A stretch of DNA of 23,353 nucleotides, from assembly GCA_043779265.1 (NCBI GenBank), contig JAYWEM010000077.1:1-23353 (forward strand), written 5' to 3'. The translations under genes and the position numbers were made by a program. Under the pieces are notes generated by a model. The model did not search any database. It was not told the origin of the DNA and worked only from the letters and a program-made list of their open reading frames with translations. Of this stretch, positions 1-8,398 are shown in pieces. This stretch comes from a bacterium. Its GTDB lineage: Bacteria; Eisenbacteria; RBG-16-71-46. How positions within the stretch are numbered: the first letter of the stretch is position 1; the number at the start of each line of letters is the position of its first letter.

Positions 1-584
1 ACCAGCGAGACGCCCTGCTCGCGATTGAGCCGGTGCAGCAGTTCCACGATGTCATTGCGGGACGCCGGGTCCAGGCCCTCGAAGGGCTCATCGAGCACCA
101 GCAGCTCCGGCTCCATCACGAGTGCCCCGGCCAATGCGACCTTCCGCTTCTCACCGCCCGAGAGGTAGTGACACACCTTGTGCTTGAGATGCGCGATGCC
201 GACGCGCTCGAGCGCCGCGCCCGCTTTGGCGTCCACCTCCGCCGACGTGTAACCGTAGTTCCTCGGACTGAACGAGACGTCGTCCCACACCGTGGGAGCG
301 ATGATCTGCTCGTCGGCGTTCTGCAGCAGGACGCCGACCCGCTCGCGGATCTTGCTGAACTGCTTGGCGGGATCGACGCCGAAGACCGAGACCTCACCCT
401 CCTGCGGCGCCAGAAGCCCGAGGATGTGATAGAGGAGCGTGCTCTTGCCGCAGCCGTTCGGTCCGAGGATCACCACGCGCTCGCCGCGGTCCACCACGAA
501 GTCCAGACCGCAGAGATGGACCATCGTGCGATCGGGATACGTATGCCGGACACAGGAGACGCGGACGATCGGCGGCGCGCTCAC
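1..584 (-). CDS. cbiO: ECF transporter ATPase (CbiO/NikO-like), 3'-truncated by the window edge
   Basis: Absent from the ORF track because it has no stop in the window. Hand translation from GTG 584 (GTGA overlap with the cbiQ stop) gives MSAPPIVRVSCVRHTYPDRTMVHLCGLDF. Walker A GPNGCGKST, Q-loop LLQNADEQIIAPTVWDDVSFSP, signature LSGGEKRKVA, Walker B LLVLDEP. Confidence 0.92.
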   Translation of the reverse strand, partial: MSAPPIVRVSCVRHTYPDRTMVHLCGLDFVVDRGERVVILGPNGCGKSTLLYHILGLLAPQEGEVSVFGVDPAKQFSKIRERVGVLLQNADEQIIAPTVWDDVSFSPRNYGYTSAEVDAKAGAALERVGIAHLKHKVCHYLSGGEKRKVALAGALVMEPELLVLDEPFEGLDPASRNDIVELLHRLNREQGVSL

Positions 585-1306
585 ACCTGCCCCTTCGTCC
601 ACAGCAGCCACGTGCACAGGCCGGCCCAGAGCGCCGCACCGAGAACGAAACCGTCGTCCCTCGTGAATTCGAGATAGTGGCGACAGCCGCAGATGCGGCC
701 CGAGTGCCCGCGCAGCAGCATGGTCTGATAGAGGCGCTGACTGCGATCGAAGCTCGAGAGCACCATGGTGCCGACCGCCTCGCCCATCACCGCATAGCGC
801 CGCGTGCCGCCCTGCCCAACGGCGCCGCGCAGGATGAGTGCGCGCCACAGCCGCTCGGTGCGCGACATCAGCGCGAAGACCGCACGGTAGGTGAGGAACA
901 GGCTGTCCGCGATGACGCGCGGCAGCGCACGCGACAGCGGCGCGAACAGGTCGGGATAGGGCGTCGTGCTCACCAGCCAGACAGCCGTCAGACTCGCCAC
1001 CATCGGGCGCATCATCCGAACGAAGGGTCCGTGGACCGTTCCAGCCCAGGTGGCGATCACGAACACCAACGAGAAGAAGAAGGGCGCGGCCGCGGCCGCC
1101 AGCATCAATCGCGGCGGAACGCGAGCACTCAGACCCAGCACCAGGACCGTGGCCAGCAGCGCGAGCAGCAGCATCCATGAGGTCGTGAACACCGCAAGAC
1201 CCACGAGGAGCGCGGCAAGCAGCAACTTGCCAAGCGCGCTGGCGCGGTGCCAGGGCGAGCGGCCAGAGCTGGCGAGGAAGTCGATCTGCGCGAAGGTGTT
1301 GATCAC
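581..1306 (-). CDS. cbiQ: ECF transporter transmembrane T component (CbiQ/NikQ-like), ~241 aa
   Basis: C-terminal part of ORF 581..1591. Likely start is GTG 1306, in a GTGA overlap with the cbiM stop. SPWHRASALGKL start, several TM helices, and two EcfT-type x-R-G motifs (ILRG, MLLRG). Confidence 0.88.
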   Translation of the reverse strand: MINTFAQIDFLASSGRSPWHRASALGKLLLAALLVGLAVFTTSWMLLLALLATVLVLGLSARVPPRLMLAAAAAPFFFSLVFVIATWAGTVHGPFVRMMRPMVASLTAVWLVSTTPYPDLFAPLSRALPRVIADSLFLTYRAVFALMSRTERLWRALILRGAVGQGGTRRYAVMGEAVGTMVLSSFDRSQRLYQTMLLRGHSGRICGCRHYLEFTRDDGFVLGAALWAGLCTWLLWTKGQV

Positions 1307-2004
1307 GCCGACGTGGTCTCCATGGAGGGCTTGGGCGACGCGGGGCTCGGCAGCAGATCCGGGCGCACGCGCGCGAGGAACCCGCCCAGACCATACGCGA
1401 GCAGTGCCTCGACAGCGACCGCCGCCGCGAGCGAGGGAAGCAGCAGCGTGCCGAGCACACCGAGTTGCAGGAACTGCAGCATGTCCTGCACCTCGTGATT
1501 CAGAAGCGCCTGCGGGCGCAGCCGGACACTGGCCCACAGGATCGCCACCCAGACCGCGGTCGAGAGCAGTTGCGAGATCGCCGTGGCCCACGCCATCGCC
1601 CGAGCGGGCCCGAGCCCTGTCACCATCCGCAGGTAGAACCAGCGTGCGAGCACGGCGCCGAACGTCAGGACCACGGCATTGAGCCCGATCACGGTGAAAC
1701 CGCCCTGCCCGAGCAGGGCGAGGATCACGGTCACCACCAGGCTCACCTGCACCGCGGACGCCCAGCCGAGCAGCACACCCACCGGACCGGCGAGCGTCAT
1801 GCAGTAGTGCAGCCCGACCACCGGTACCGGGATGGCCATGACGGCGAGCATCAGCCCACCCAGCGCACTCTGGTACGCGATCATCTGCGGCCCGAAGCGC
1901 CGCGACGCCACGACCGAGACCCCAGCGAACAGGGCCGCGAGCGCCAGACCGAGCAGCCAGAGCAGCGGGGGCAGGATGCCATCGGGGATGTGCAGGTGGG
2001 ACAT
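1303..2004 (-). CDS. cbiM: ECF substrate-binding S component, CbiM/NikM family (Co2+/Ni2+), 233 aa
   Basis: N-terminal HIPDG motif, GQGGFTVIGLN motif, about 6-7 TM helices, and synteny with the T and A components. Confidence 0.88.
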   Translation of the reverse strand: MSHLHIPDGILPPLLWLLGLALAALFAGVSVVASRRFGPQMIAYQSALGGLMLAVMAIPVPVVGLHYCMTLAGPVGVLLGWASAVQVSLVVTVILALLGQGGFTVIGLNAVVLTFGAVLARWFYLRMVTGLGPARAMAWATAISQLLSTAVWVAILWASVRLRPQALLNHEVQDMLQFLQLGVLGTLLLPSLAAAVAVEALLAYGLGGFLARVRPDLLPSPASPKPSMETTSA

Positions 2005-2056
2005 GGGGAGCGCGCCCGATCAGGAGGAGGAGCCGTGGGAATGCCAGAGTGAGGGC

Positions 2057-2065
2057 AATCTATCA
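2057..2065 (-). promoter_or_regulatory. Candidate extended -10 promoter (TGnTAGATT) for cbiMQO
   Basis: Minus strand reads TGATAGATT about 50 nt upstream of the cbiM ATG, in a GC-rich background. No convincing -35. Confidence 0.4.
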
Positions 2066-2184
2066 GCGTGCTCGCGAAAACGCTTGCCCGAGCCGGGTGC
2101 CCCTCCCCACACTGCCGCCGGTCGAAGAACCGCGCGGATGCACATCATGGTCACTTTCGTCAGCTCTTTCCGGATCGGGCTCGC

Positions 2185-4236
2185 ATGACTCACCGATGGC
2201 CCCGCCTCGCGCTGCTCGCGCTGCCCGCCAGCCTGATGATCGCCTGCTCGCCGGAGCGTGAGTCCTCGCCCAATTGGGACCCGCTTGCTGTCGAGGCTTT
2301 CGTCCACCCGACGGCGGCGCTGCTTGTGCCGGGCGCGAGTCGGGCGTTCCTGCTCCAGAGTCCGCCTCGGATCTTCAATGGCGAGTGGCAGCTCCGCTTC
2401 GAGTGCGATGATCCGAGTTGGACGAGCGCGAAGAACGCGCCGATCCGGTGGTCGGGGCAGCGTGGGAGTAGCGCAGGATGGGAGTTCGGCGACGATCGCC
2501 TCACTTGGACGATCTCTGCCGTCGTGCCACCCGGTCCAGGCACCGCGAAGAACCCACTCGTCTGCTCGATCGAGGTGCAGGTTCACAACCGGGGAGCCGA
2601 GGCCGCGACCGCGGACCTGACGGCGTGTCTCGAGCGTCCTTCCCCCATGCCATTCGTCGCCCGAGATGCACACCTGCTCTTCGCACGACCGCTGCGGTGG
2701 CGAGCAGCTGGAGGCACGGAGTTCCTCGCCGGGGCAGGTCCCGTCGCCTCGTCAGATTCGAGCCTGCGAGTGCTCCAGCAGCTCCCCTCCGGTTCCTCGG
2801 CGCGGTGGCGATTCGCCATGCCCTCTCATTCGATGAACGCGAGGGCGCTCGGCTCGGCGCTGAGCGAGCCCCATCTGAAGGCGAGCGCGCGAGCCTCGGC
2901 CTACTGGGCGCGCGAACTCGGAGCGGGGGCACGCATCGAGATCCCGGATCCGATCTTGGAGGCGGCATGGGACGAGGCGTTGATCGTGCTGCTCGGATGC
3001 TCGGAGGGCACCGCGGGCGAGGCCGTGCCGATCGGAGGATCATTCCACTACCGGGACACGTGGATTCGCGACGGAGCCCGGCAGATCAGCGCGCTCGCCG
3101 AGGCCGGCCACCTCGAAATCGCCCGGTCGATGGCCAGGAGCCTGCTCGAGTATCAACTTCCGGGAGGCGCGCTGATGAGTCAACGCGGGCAGTTGGATGG
3201 CATCGGTCAGGCGCTCTGGGCGATCCGGGAGGTCCAAGTTCGAGCCCCCTCGTCGGCGGCGATCGCACCGGTCAACGCGATCGTGGAGGCATGGCAGTGG
3301 TGCGAGCGACAGCGCGAGATCGTGCGCCGGGTCGAGTCTCGCGCGGCGGGACTGATGCCGCCTGCCGATCCGCGTGACGCTGAACTGCTCTCGGGCTATC
3401 ACGTGGGAACCGACCTCTGGACCCTGATCGGATATCGTAGCGCTCGTGAACTGCTCACGCTTGCGGGCGAACACACCGCAGCCGCGCGGGTGGAGTCGCC
3501 GCGCGTCGACTACGAGCGTGAGGTCCTGCGCCACCTCGCTGACGCTCGCGAGCCCGGTGTTCCAGCAGCGTGGTTCGGCAGGGCGCGACCATGGGGGAAC
3601 CTCATCGTCCAGTACCCCGCGGCTCTCCTGACCGCCCGCCACTCGAGGGTCCACGAACTCCTGCGCGAACACTGGAGCAACGGGCTCGGGCGCATCCACT
3701 ACGGCACACCCGATTCGCTTCACGGCTATCTTGGGATGGATCTGGCGGTCACCGCGCTGCTCCAGGGATCCCCGGAGGGCTGGGATTCGACGCTCGCACG
3801 GACCATCGCCTGGCGGACCGCCACGGGGGGCGGGGCGGAGATCTACTCGGACTCGCTCCGGGACTTCGGTACCAATCTCGCGCCCCACGCGACAAGCGCA
3901 GCCGCGGTGATGAGCCTTCTGCGCAAAGGCCTCGTGCTCGAGACGGATGACACACTGCGGATCACCACCGGCACGCGCGAGGCCTGGTGGGACTCCGGCT
4001 TCGGGATCCGCAGCACGCCCACCCGATGGGGCCCGATGGAACTGAGCGCTCGCCGCCGTGGAGTGGATCTGCGCTGGGAGTGGACGGCGCTGAACGCACC
4101 GGCTCAATTGTCCGGACCGCCCGGCACCATCATCGAGTCGGTGATCTCGCCATCCGGCGCGCGGCTGCTCGATGGGGTCATCCACGTTCCAGCGACCACG
4201 GGCATGGTCCACGCGCGCGCGAGAGTCACTCGATGA
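2185..4236 (+). CDS. Putative lipoprotein with a six-hairpin (alpha/alpha)6 glycoside hydrolase-like domain, ~683 aa
   Basis: Start reassigned to ATG 2185, which gives MTHRWPRLALLALPASLMIAC, a signal peptide with a lipobox-like Cys. FHYRDTWIRDG resembles the Y-x-x-x-W-x-R-D motif of GH15-like/six-hairpin glycosidases. The C-terminal TPTRWGPMELS resembles the terminal beta domain of GH65/78/95-type enzymes. Family not assignable. Confidence 0.65.
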   Translation: MTHRWPRLALLALPASLMIACSPERESSPNWDPLAVEAFVHPTAALLVPGASRAFLLQSPPRIFNGEWQLRFECDDPSWTSAKNAPIRWSGQRGSSAGWEFGDDRLTWTISAVVPPGPGTAKNPLVCSIEVQVHNRGAEAATADLTACLERPSPMPFVARDAHLLFARPLRWRAAGGTEFLAGAGPVASSDSSLRVLQQLPSGSSARWRFAMPSHSMNARALGSALSEPHLKASARASAYWARELGAGARIEIPDPILEAAWDEALIVLLGCSEGTAGEAVPIGGSFHYRDTWIRDGARQISALAEAGHLEIARSMARSLLEYQLPGGALMSQRGQLDGIGQALWAIREVQVRAPSSAAIAPVNAIVEAWQWCERQREIVRRVESRAAGLMPPADPRDAELLSGYHVGTDLWTLIGYRSARELLTLAGEHTAAARVESPRVDYEREVLRHLADAREPGVPAAWFGRARPWGNLIVQYPAALLTARHSRVHELLREHWSNGLGRIHYGTPDSLHGYLGMDLAVTALLQGSPEGWDSTLARTIAWRTATGGGAEIYSDSLRDFGTNLAPHATSAAAVMSLLRKGLVLETDDTLRITTGTREAWWDSGFGIRSTPTRWGPMELSARRRGVDLRWEWTALNAPAQLSGPPGTIIESVISPSGARLLDGVIHVPATTGMVHARARVTR

Positions 4237-4784
4237 TTCCGTATCGCGCTCGGACTGCGTTGCTCGTCGGACTACTCGCAATCGCGAGTCCGGAATCCGC
4301 ATCGGCCGCCGCGGATCCCTCGCTCGAACTCCCGCTACGCGAGTTGCATGCCCGAGCCCTCGCACTGAGTGACGCGGACCTTCACAGTGAGACACTGCCT
4401 CTGTTCCGGGAGCTGGCGGGGCGAATGCCGTCGAACGCCTCGGCGCATCTTGCCCTCGGAATGGCATGCTTCAGTGCCTCTTCCGAGATGGAGCTCCGAT
4501 CCGGTTCGATTCGGTTCGTCGTGCCCTCGAGTCAGGAACGCAGCCGCATGCTCCGTGAGGCACTGGTCGAGATGCGCCGCTCTCTCGAACTCGCACCCAA
4601 CGTCCAGGAGCGCAATACCGCTCGGATCTGGATCGCCCGCACGTGGCTACTGGTGGGCTACCCGGGCGAGGCGCTGGCGGAACTCTCGCTCGCTCGCGCG
4701 CAGGCTCCCGAGGATCCGCGGCTGGACAGCGAGATCGCGCGGGCAACGCTCCGGCTTCGCCTCGCCACGACCCCCAAGCGCTGA
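4233..4784 (+). CDS. Secreted TPR-like helical repeat protein, 183 aa
   Basis: ATG 4233 in an ATGA overlap with the upstream stop. Signal peptide MIPYRARTALLVGLLAIASPESASA. TPR-like segments PSNASAHLALGMA, ALVEMRRSLELAP and GEALAELSLARAQAPED. Confidence 0.65.
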   Translation: MIPYRARTALLVGLLAIASPESASAAADPSLELPLRELHARALALSDADLHSETLPLFRELAGRMPSNASAHLALGMACFSASSEMELRSGSIRFVVPSSQERSRMLREALVEMRRSLELAPNVQERNTARIWIARTWLLVGYPGEALAELSLARAQAPEDPRLDSEIARATLRLRLATTPKR

Positions 4785-4810
4785 CCCGCGCATGATCGAA
4801 GGGCCAGCCC

Positions 4811-5572
4811 TCACGGCGCCCACGCCAGCGCCACGCCCCGAGCCTCCGCCCCCGCCTCCCGCAGCGCCCCGAGGGCCGCCTCGAACGTGGCGCCGGTGGT
4901 GATCACGTCGTCCACCAGTAGCACGCGGCGGCCCCGCACAGCGCCAGGCTCGGCCACGTGGAACGCCCCGGTCATCGCGCCCCGCCGCTCTCGTTCGCGG
5001 CGGCCCGCCTGCGGCGGGGTCGCCCTGGTCCGGATGAGCGCTCCGTGGATGCGAGGTGCGCCGAGGCAACGCGCGAGCGCATCGGCCAGCGCGGCACTGG
5101 CATCCGTGCCGCGCTCTCTCGACCTCGAGCGATGGTGAGGCATCGCCAGCACCAGGTCGGAGCGATGCCGAGCCCTCGGGATCGCCGAGGCGAGGGATGT
5201 CCCATGAGCCGCCGCGAGGCGCTCGCGCGCCTCGTACTTGAGCGCATGGATGAACGCCTGGGCGCGCGTGTCGAACAGCCAGGCAGCATGGACGGTCATG
5301 CCGGCATGCCGGCGGCAACCGTGGGGATCGCGCTGTTCGAGCAGACAGCGAGCACAGAGGGCGCGATCGATGCGGACGATCGCGGCGAGGCACGTCTCGC
5401 ACAGCGCGCGCTCGGCGGGTGCGGGGACACCGCACCCCGGGCAGCGCTGCGGCAGCAGCAGATCGAGCGCGTCCTCCGCGGCACATCGGAGGGCACGAAT
5501 CAGGATCGGGATCGGGCCGGGTCCAGGGCTTCGGGGCGTCGGGCGGGGGCGCCCTCGGCTCAGCGCGGCCAC
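4811..5572 (-). CDS. comF: ComF family protein (zinc ribbons + phosphoribosyltransferase domain)
   Basis: LLLPQRCPGCG..LCETC..LCARC Cys pairs, HALKY, RTRATPPQAG, and the PRPP-binding motif VLLVDDVITTGAT. Start uncertain; GTG 5572, overlapping the aroE end, was chosen. Confidence 0.88.
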   Translation of the reverse strand: MAALSRGRPRPTPRSPGPGPIPILIRALRCAAEDALDLLLPQRCPGCGVPAPAERALCETCLAAIVRIDRALCARCLLEQRDPHGCRRHAGMTVHAAWLFDTRAQAFIHALKYEARERLAAAHGTSLASAIPRARHRSDLVLAMPHHRSRSRERGTDASAALADALARCLGAPRIHGALIRTRATPPQAGRRERERRGAMTGAFHVAEPGAVRGRRVLLVDDVITTGATFEAALGALREAGAEARGVALAWAP

Positions 5573-6369
5573 CCGACGGCAGCCGCAAGTGGCTCGAACG
5601 GGACCTCGCGCCCGAACCACAATGACAGGGCGCGTCTCGCCTGATGCACGAGCAACCCGAGGCCATCCACCGCTTCGCGGCCATCCGCGCGCGCCATGCG
5701 CACCCAGTTCGTCGGCTCGGGTCCGTACACGAGATCCACGAGGCAGGCACCGCGATTGACCCGCTCGAGCGGCACCGGGAGCTCGTTCTCGCCGAGCGGC
5801 GTGCAGTTGACGACGATGCTCGCCTCGGAGAGCGCATCACTCTCCTCGTCGCTCCTCCAGCCTAGGAAGCGCGAGTCCAACCCCTCACCCCACGCGAATC
5901 GCGAGTCCTCGGGTCGTCGCGAGCTCACCGTGACGTTGCGGCAGCCGGCCCACTCCAACGCGATGGCAAGACTGCGTGCCGACCCACCGGCACCCAGCAA
6001 TACGACGCGTTCGCGTTCGGGCTCTCGGTGGAGTTCGCGCATCAGGTCGACGAACCCGGGGCCGTCGGTCGTCTCGCCGAACCAGCCACGCTCCTGGAAC
6101 ACGATCGTGTTCACCGACCGCGCACGCTCGGCCGCGATCGAGGCACGTGAGACGGCATCCCGCGCCGCTTCCTTGAGCGGATGCGTCACGTTGCACCCGA
6201 CGAATCCCTGCTCGGCCAGGGAAGCGAGCCGGGCGGGCAGTTCGGCGATCGAGGTGCGAATGGCATGCGACTCGACCGCGATGCCGAGCGCCGATGCGCC
6301 CGCGCGATGCAGATCCGGGGAGCGCGTATAGGCGAGCGGATCGCCGAGCACGGCGAGCCGGATGGTCAT
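5560..6369 (-). CDS. aroE: Shikimate dehydrogenase family protein, 269 aa
   Basis: ATG 6369 (ATGA overlap with the lgt stop). Motifs LGDPLAYTRSP, GCNVTHPLK, SVNTI, TTDGPG, LLGAGGSAR, VNCTPLG, DLVY and DGLGLLVHQA. Confidence 0.9.
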   Translation of the reverse strand: MTIRLAVLGDPLAYTRSPDLHRAGASALGIAVESHAIRTSIAELPARLASLAEQGFVGCNVTHPLKEAARDAVSRASIAAERARSVNTIVFQERGWFGETTDGPGFVDLMRELHREPERERVVLLGAGGSARSLAIALEWAGCRNVTVSSRRPEDSRFAWGEGLDSRFLGWRSDEESDALSEASIVVNCTPLGENELPVPLERVNRGACLVDLVYGPEPTNWVRMARADGREAVDGLGLLVHQARRALSLWFGREVPFEPLAAAVGWPR

Positions 6370-7163
6370 CGCGCCCCCGACTCCGCCGCGGCGCGCCGAC
6401 GCAGGCGCATGATCATGAGCACGCTGATCAGCACGATCGCGACGCTCGTCATCTGGCTCTCGGTGAAGCCGAACGCCCCGAGCTGGAGCAGGACGGCGTC
6501 GGTCTCCCACGACCTCGTCATGTCGATCGGGATCCGCACTGTCGCGAACAGCGCGAGGAAGGTCCAGAACAGGACGCCGGGCGCGCGCAGACGACTGCGG
6601 AGGAACCACACGACCAGGAACAGGAGCAGTCCGGCCGTCGCATTGTAGAGCTGAGAGGGATGGACCGGCACGGTACCGAACTCGAGGTGGGCGAACGAGT
6701 CCGCTGGGAACAGAACGCCGAAGGGTCCATCCGTCGGGCGGCCGTAGCAGCAGCCGTTCAAGTAGCAGCCCAGCCGTCCGAACAGGGTGCCGAGTGCCAA
6801 GGCCGGCGTCAGGGCATCGGCAGCGAGCCAGCGTGGCAGGCCGAATCGCGTCGCCGAGACGAGCGCCGCCAGCGTGCCGGCGATGATGCCGCCGTAGAGC
6901 GTCAGCCCTCCCTGCCACACCGCCACGATGCTCCCCCACTCGCTGCGGAACTCCTGGAGGTGCTCGAGCACATAGAGGGCGCGGGCGCCGAGGATCGACG
7001 CGATCAGTGCGATGAGGATCACGTTGACGAGGCGGTCCTCGTCGAGCCCCAGCCGCTTCGCCTCGCGCAAGGACAACCAGGTGCCGACGAGGAACGCGAT
7101 CGCCATCATCGCGCCGTACGAGCGCACGTGCAGGGGGCCGAAGCTCAGCAATTCGGGATGCAT
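6366..7163 (-). CDS. lgt: Prolipoprotein diacylglyceryl transferase, 265 aa
   Basis: ATG 7163 (TGATG overlap with the rodA stop). Motifs MHPELLSFGPLHVRSYG, GARALYV, WQGGLTLYGG, GRLGCYLNGCCYG and HPSQLY. Confidence 0.93.
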   Translation of the reverse strand: MHPELLSFGPLHVRSYGAMMAIAFLVGTWLSLREAKRLGLDEDRLVNVILIALIASILGARALYVLEHLQEFRSEWGSIVAVWQGGLTLYGGIIAGTLAALVSATRFGLPRWLAADALTPALALGTLFGRLGCYLNGCCYGRPTDGPFGVLFPADSFAHLEFGTVPVHPSQLYNATAGLLLFLVVWFLRSRLRAPGVLFWTFLALFATVRIPIDMTRSWETDAVLLQLGAFGFTESQMTSVAIVLISVLMIMRLRRRAAAESGAR

Positions 7164-8386
7164 CAATACTCCCGGCGCCGCAGCGCCACGTTCTGGAGCA
7201 GTCCGATCTGCATGCAATTCACGATCAGCGCAGTGCCCCCATAGGACAGGAACGGCAGAGGGACCCCGGTCACCGGAGCCCAGCCGATCGTCATGAGCAT
7301 GTTGACCACGACGTGGAAACAGAGTGCCGTGGTGACGCCGACCGCGACCAGGCTGGCGAATCCGTCGCGTGCGACGGTGGCCAGCCGATAGCCGCTCAAG
7401 ATGACGGTCACATACAGTAACAGCACGAAGGCGGCGCCGAGCAGTCCCATCTCCTCTCCGACGACCGAGTAGATGAAGTCCGTGTGCCGCATCGGCAGGA
7501 ACGCGAGCCCCTTCTGGGTCCCCTTGAGGAACCCCTTGCCGGCCAGCCCGCCCGAGCCGATCGCGATCTTGCTCTGGATCACCTGATAGCCGGCGCCGGA
7601 GGGGTCGCCCTCGGGGTTGATGAACGTCTCGATGCGCCGTTTCTGGTAGTCGTGCAGGTGGTTCCACAGATAGGGCATCGACGCACCCACGCCGATGTTC
7701 AGCGCGAGCATCACGAGCAGTGTCGACATGCGCGGGCGGAACACGGCGACGATCAGCGCGAAGAGGCCGACGAACCACCACAGCGTGCCCGTCACGAAGA
7801 ACAACCCCATGTTCAGGATCGGCGAGAGGCCGAGGAGCAACTGCCCCGCCGGCATGCCCGCCCAGAAGTACATGGCGATGAGCATGGCGGGGAACGAGGA
7901 TGCGGTGCCGAGATCCGGCTCCTTGGCGACCAAGACGAACGGGACCATCGTCAGGATCAAGGGCGGCAACCACCACCGCATGCGCGTGAGATCGAGCTTG
8001 GCATGATCGAAGAAGCGGGCCAGCACGAAGCATGTCGCGATCTTGGCGATCTCGGAAGGTTGGAACTGGAGCGGTCCGATCTCGATCCATCGCTTGGCGC
8101 CCATGCGCTCGACGCCGATCAGGAAGACCAACACGAGGAGCACGAGCGAGATGCCGTAGAGCGGCCAGGACAGTGAGTCGTAGACGCGGTAATGGATGCT
8201 CGCGACGACGACCGCCGCGACCAGTGCGAGCCCGAACCACACGAGCTGCTTGATCCACAGCCCCTCGTGGGCGCCCGGAACGGACGTGGCGCTGTACACC
8301 GTGAGAAGGCCGATGACCACCAGCCCGAACGTCGCGAGCGCGAGTGGCCAGTCGACCGTGATCGGCCGCCCCGGGACCGGGCTCAT
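7163..8386 (-). CDS. rodA: Rod shape-determining SEDS glycosyltransferase RodA, 407 aa
   Basis: Motifs GAKRWI, FQPSEIAK, EPDLGT, GYQVIQSKIAIGSGG, HTDFI and GVPLPFLSYGG. Lies downstream of mrdA. Confidence 0.96.
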   Translation of the reverse strand: MSPVPGRPITVDWPLALATFGLVVIGLLTVYSATSVPGAHEGLWIKQLVWFGLALVAAVVVASIHYRVYDSLSWPLYGISLVLLVLVFLIGVERMGAKRWIEIGPLQFQPSEIAKIATCFVLARFFDHAKLDLTRMRWWLPPLILTMVPFVLVAKEPDLGTASSFPAMLIAMYFWAGMPAGQLLLGLSPILNMGLFFVTGTLWWFVGLFALIVAVFRPRMSTLLVMLALNIGVGASMPYLWNHLHDYQKRRIETFINPEGDPSGAGYQVIQSKIAIGSGGLAGKGFLKGTQKGLAFLPMRHTDFIYSVVGEEMGLLGAAFVLLLYVTVILSGYRLATVARDGFASLVAVGVTTALCFHVVVNMLMTIGWAPVTGVPLPFLSYGGTALIVNCMQIGLLQNVALRRREY

Positions 8387-8398
8387 CGCAGCCCCCGC

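Noticed and set aside
33..677. 214-aa plus-strand ORF
   Set aside because: Antisense shadow of the cbiO ATPase, which has complete ABC motifs on the minus strand.
2022..2052. Strong SD-like AGGAGGAGGAG on the plus strand followed by ATG CCA GAG TGA
   Set aside because: It yields only a tripeptide and no upstream promoter is evident; probably chance.
2005..2184. Cobalamin or NiCo riboswitch upstream of cbiM
   Set aside because: No B12-box or NiCo consensus recognisable, and the candidate promoter leaves only about 45 nt of leader. An Rfam scan would settle it.
5560..8258. Apparent long N-terminal fusions on aroE (459 aa) and lgt (630 aa)
   Set aside because: The extensions are off-frame reads of lgt and rodA. 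True starts overlap the upstream stops (6369, 7163). The same applies to the cbiQ, gdhA and CTD-protein extensions.
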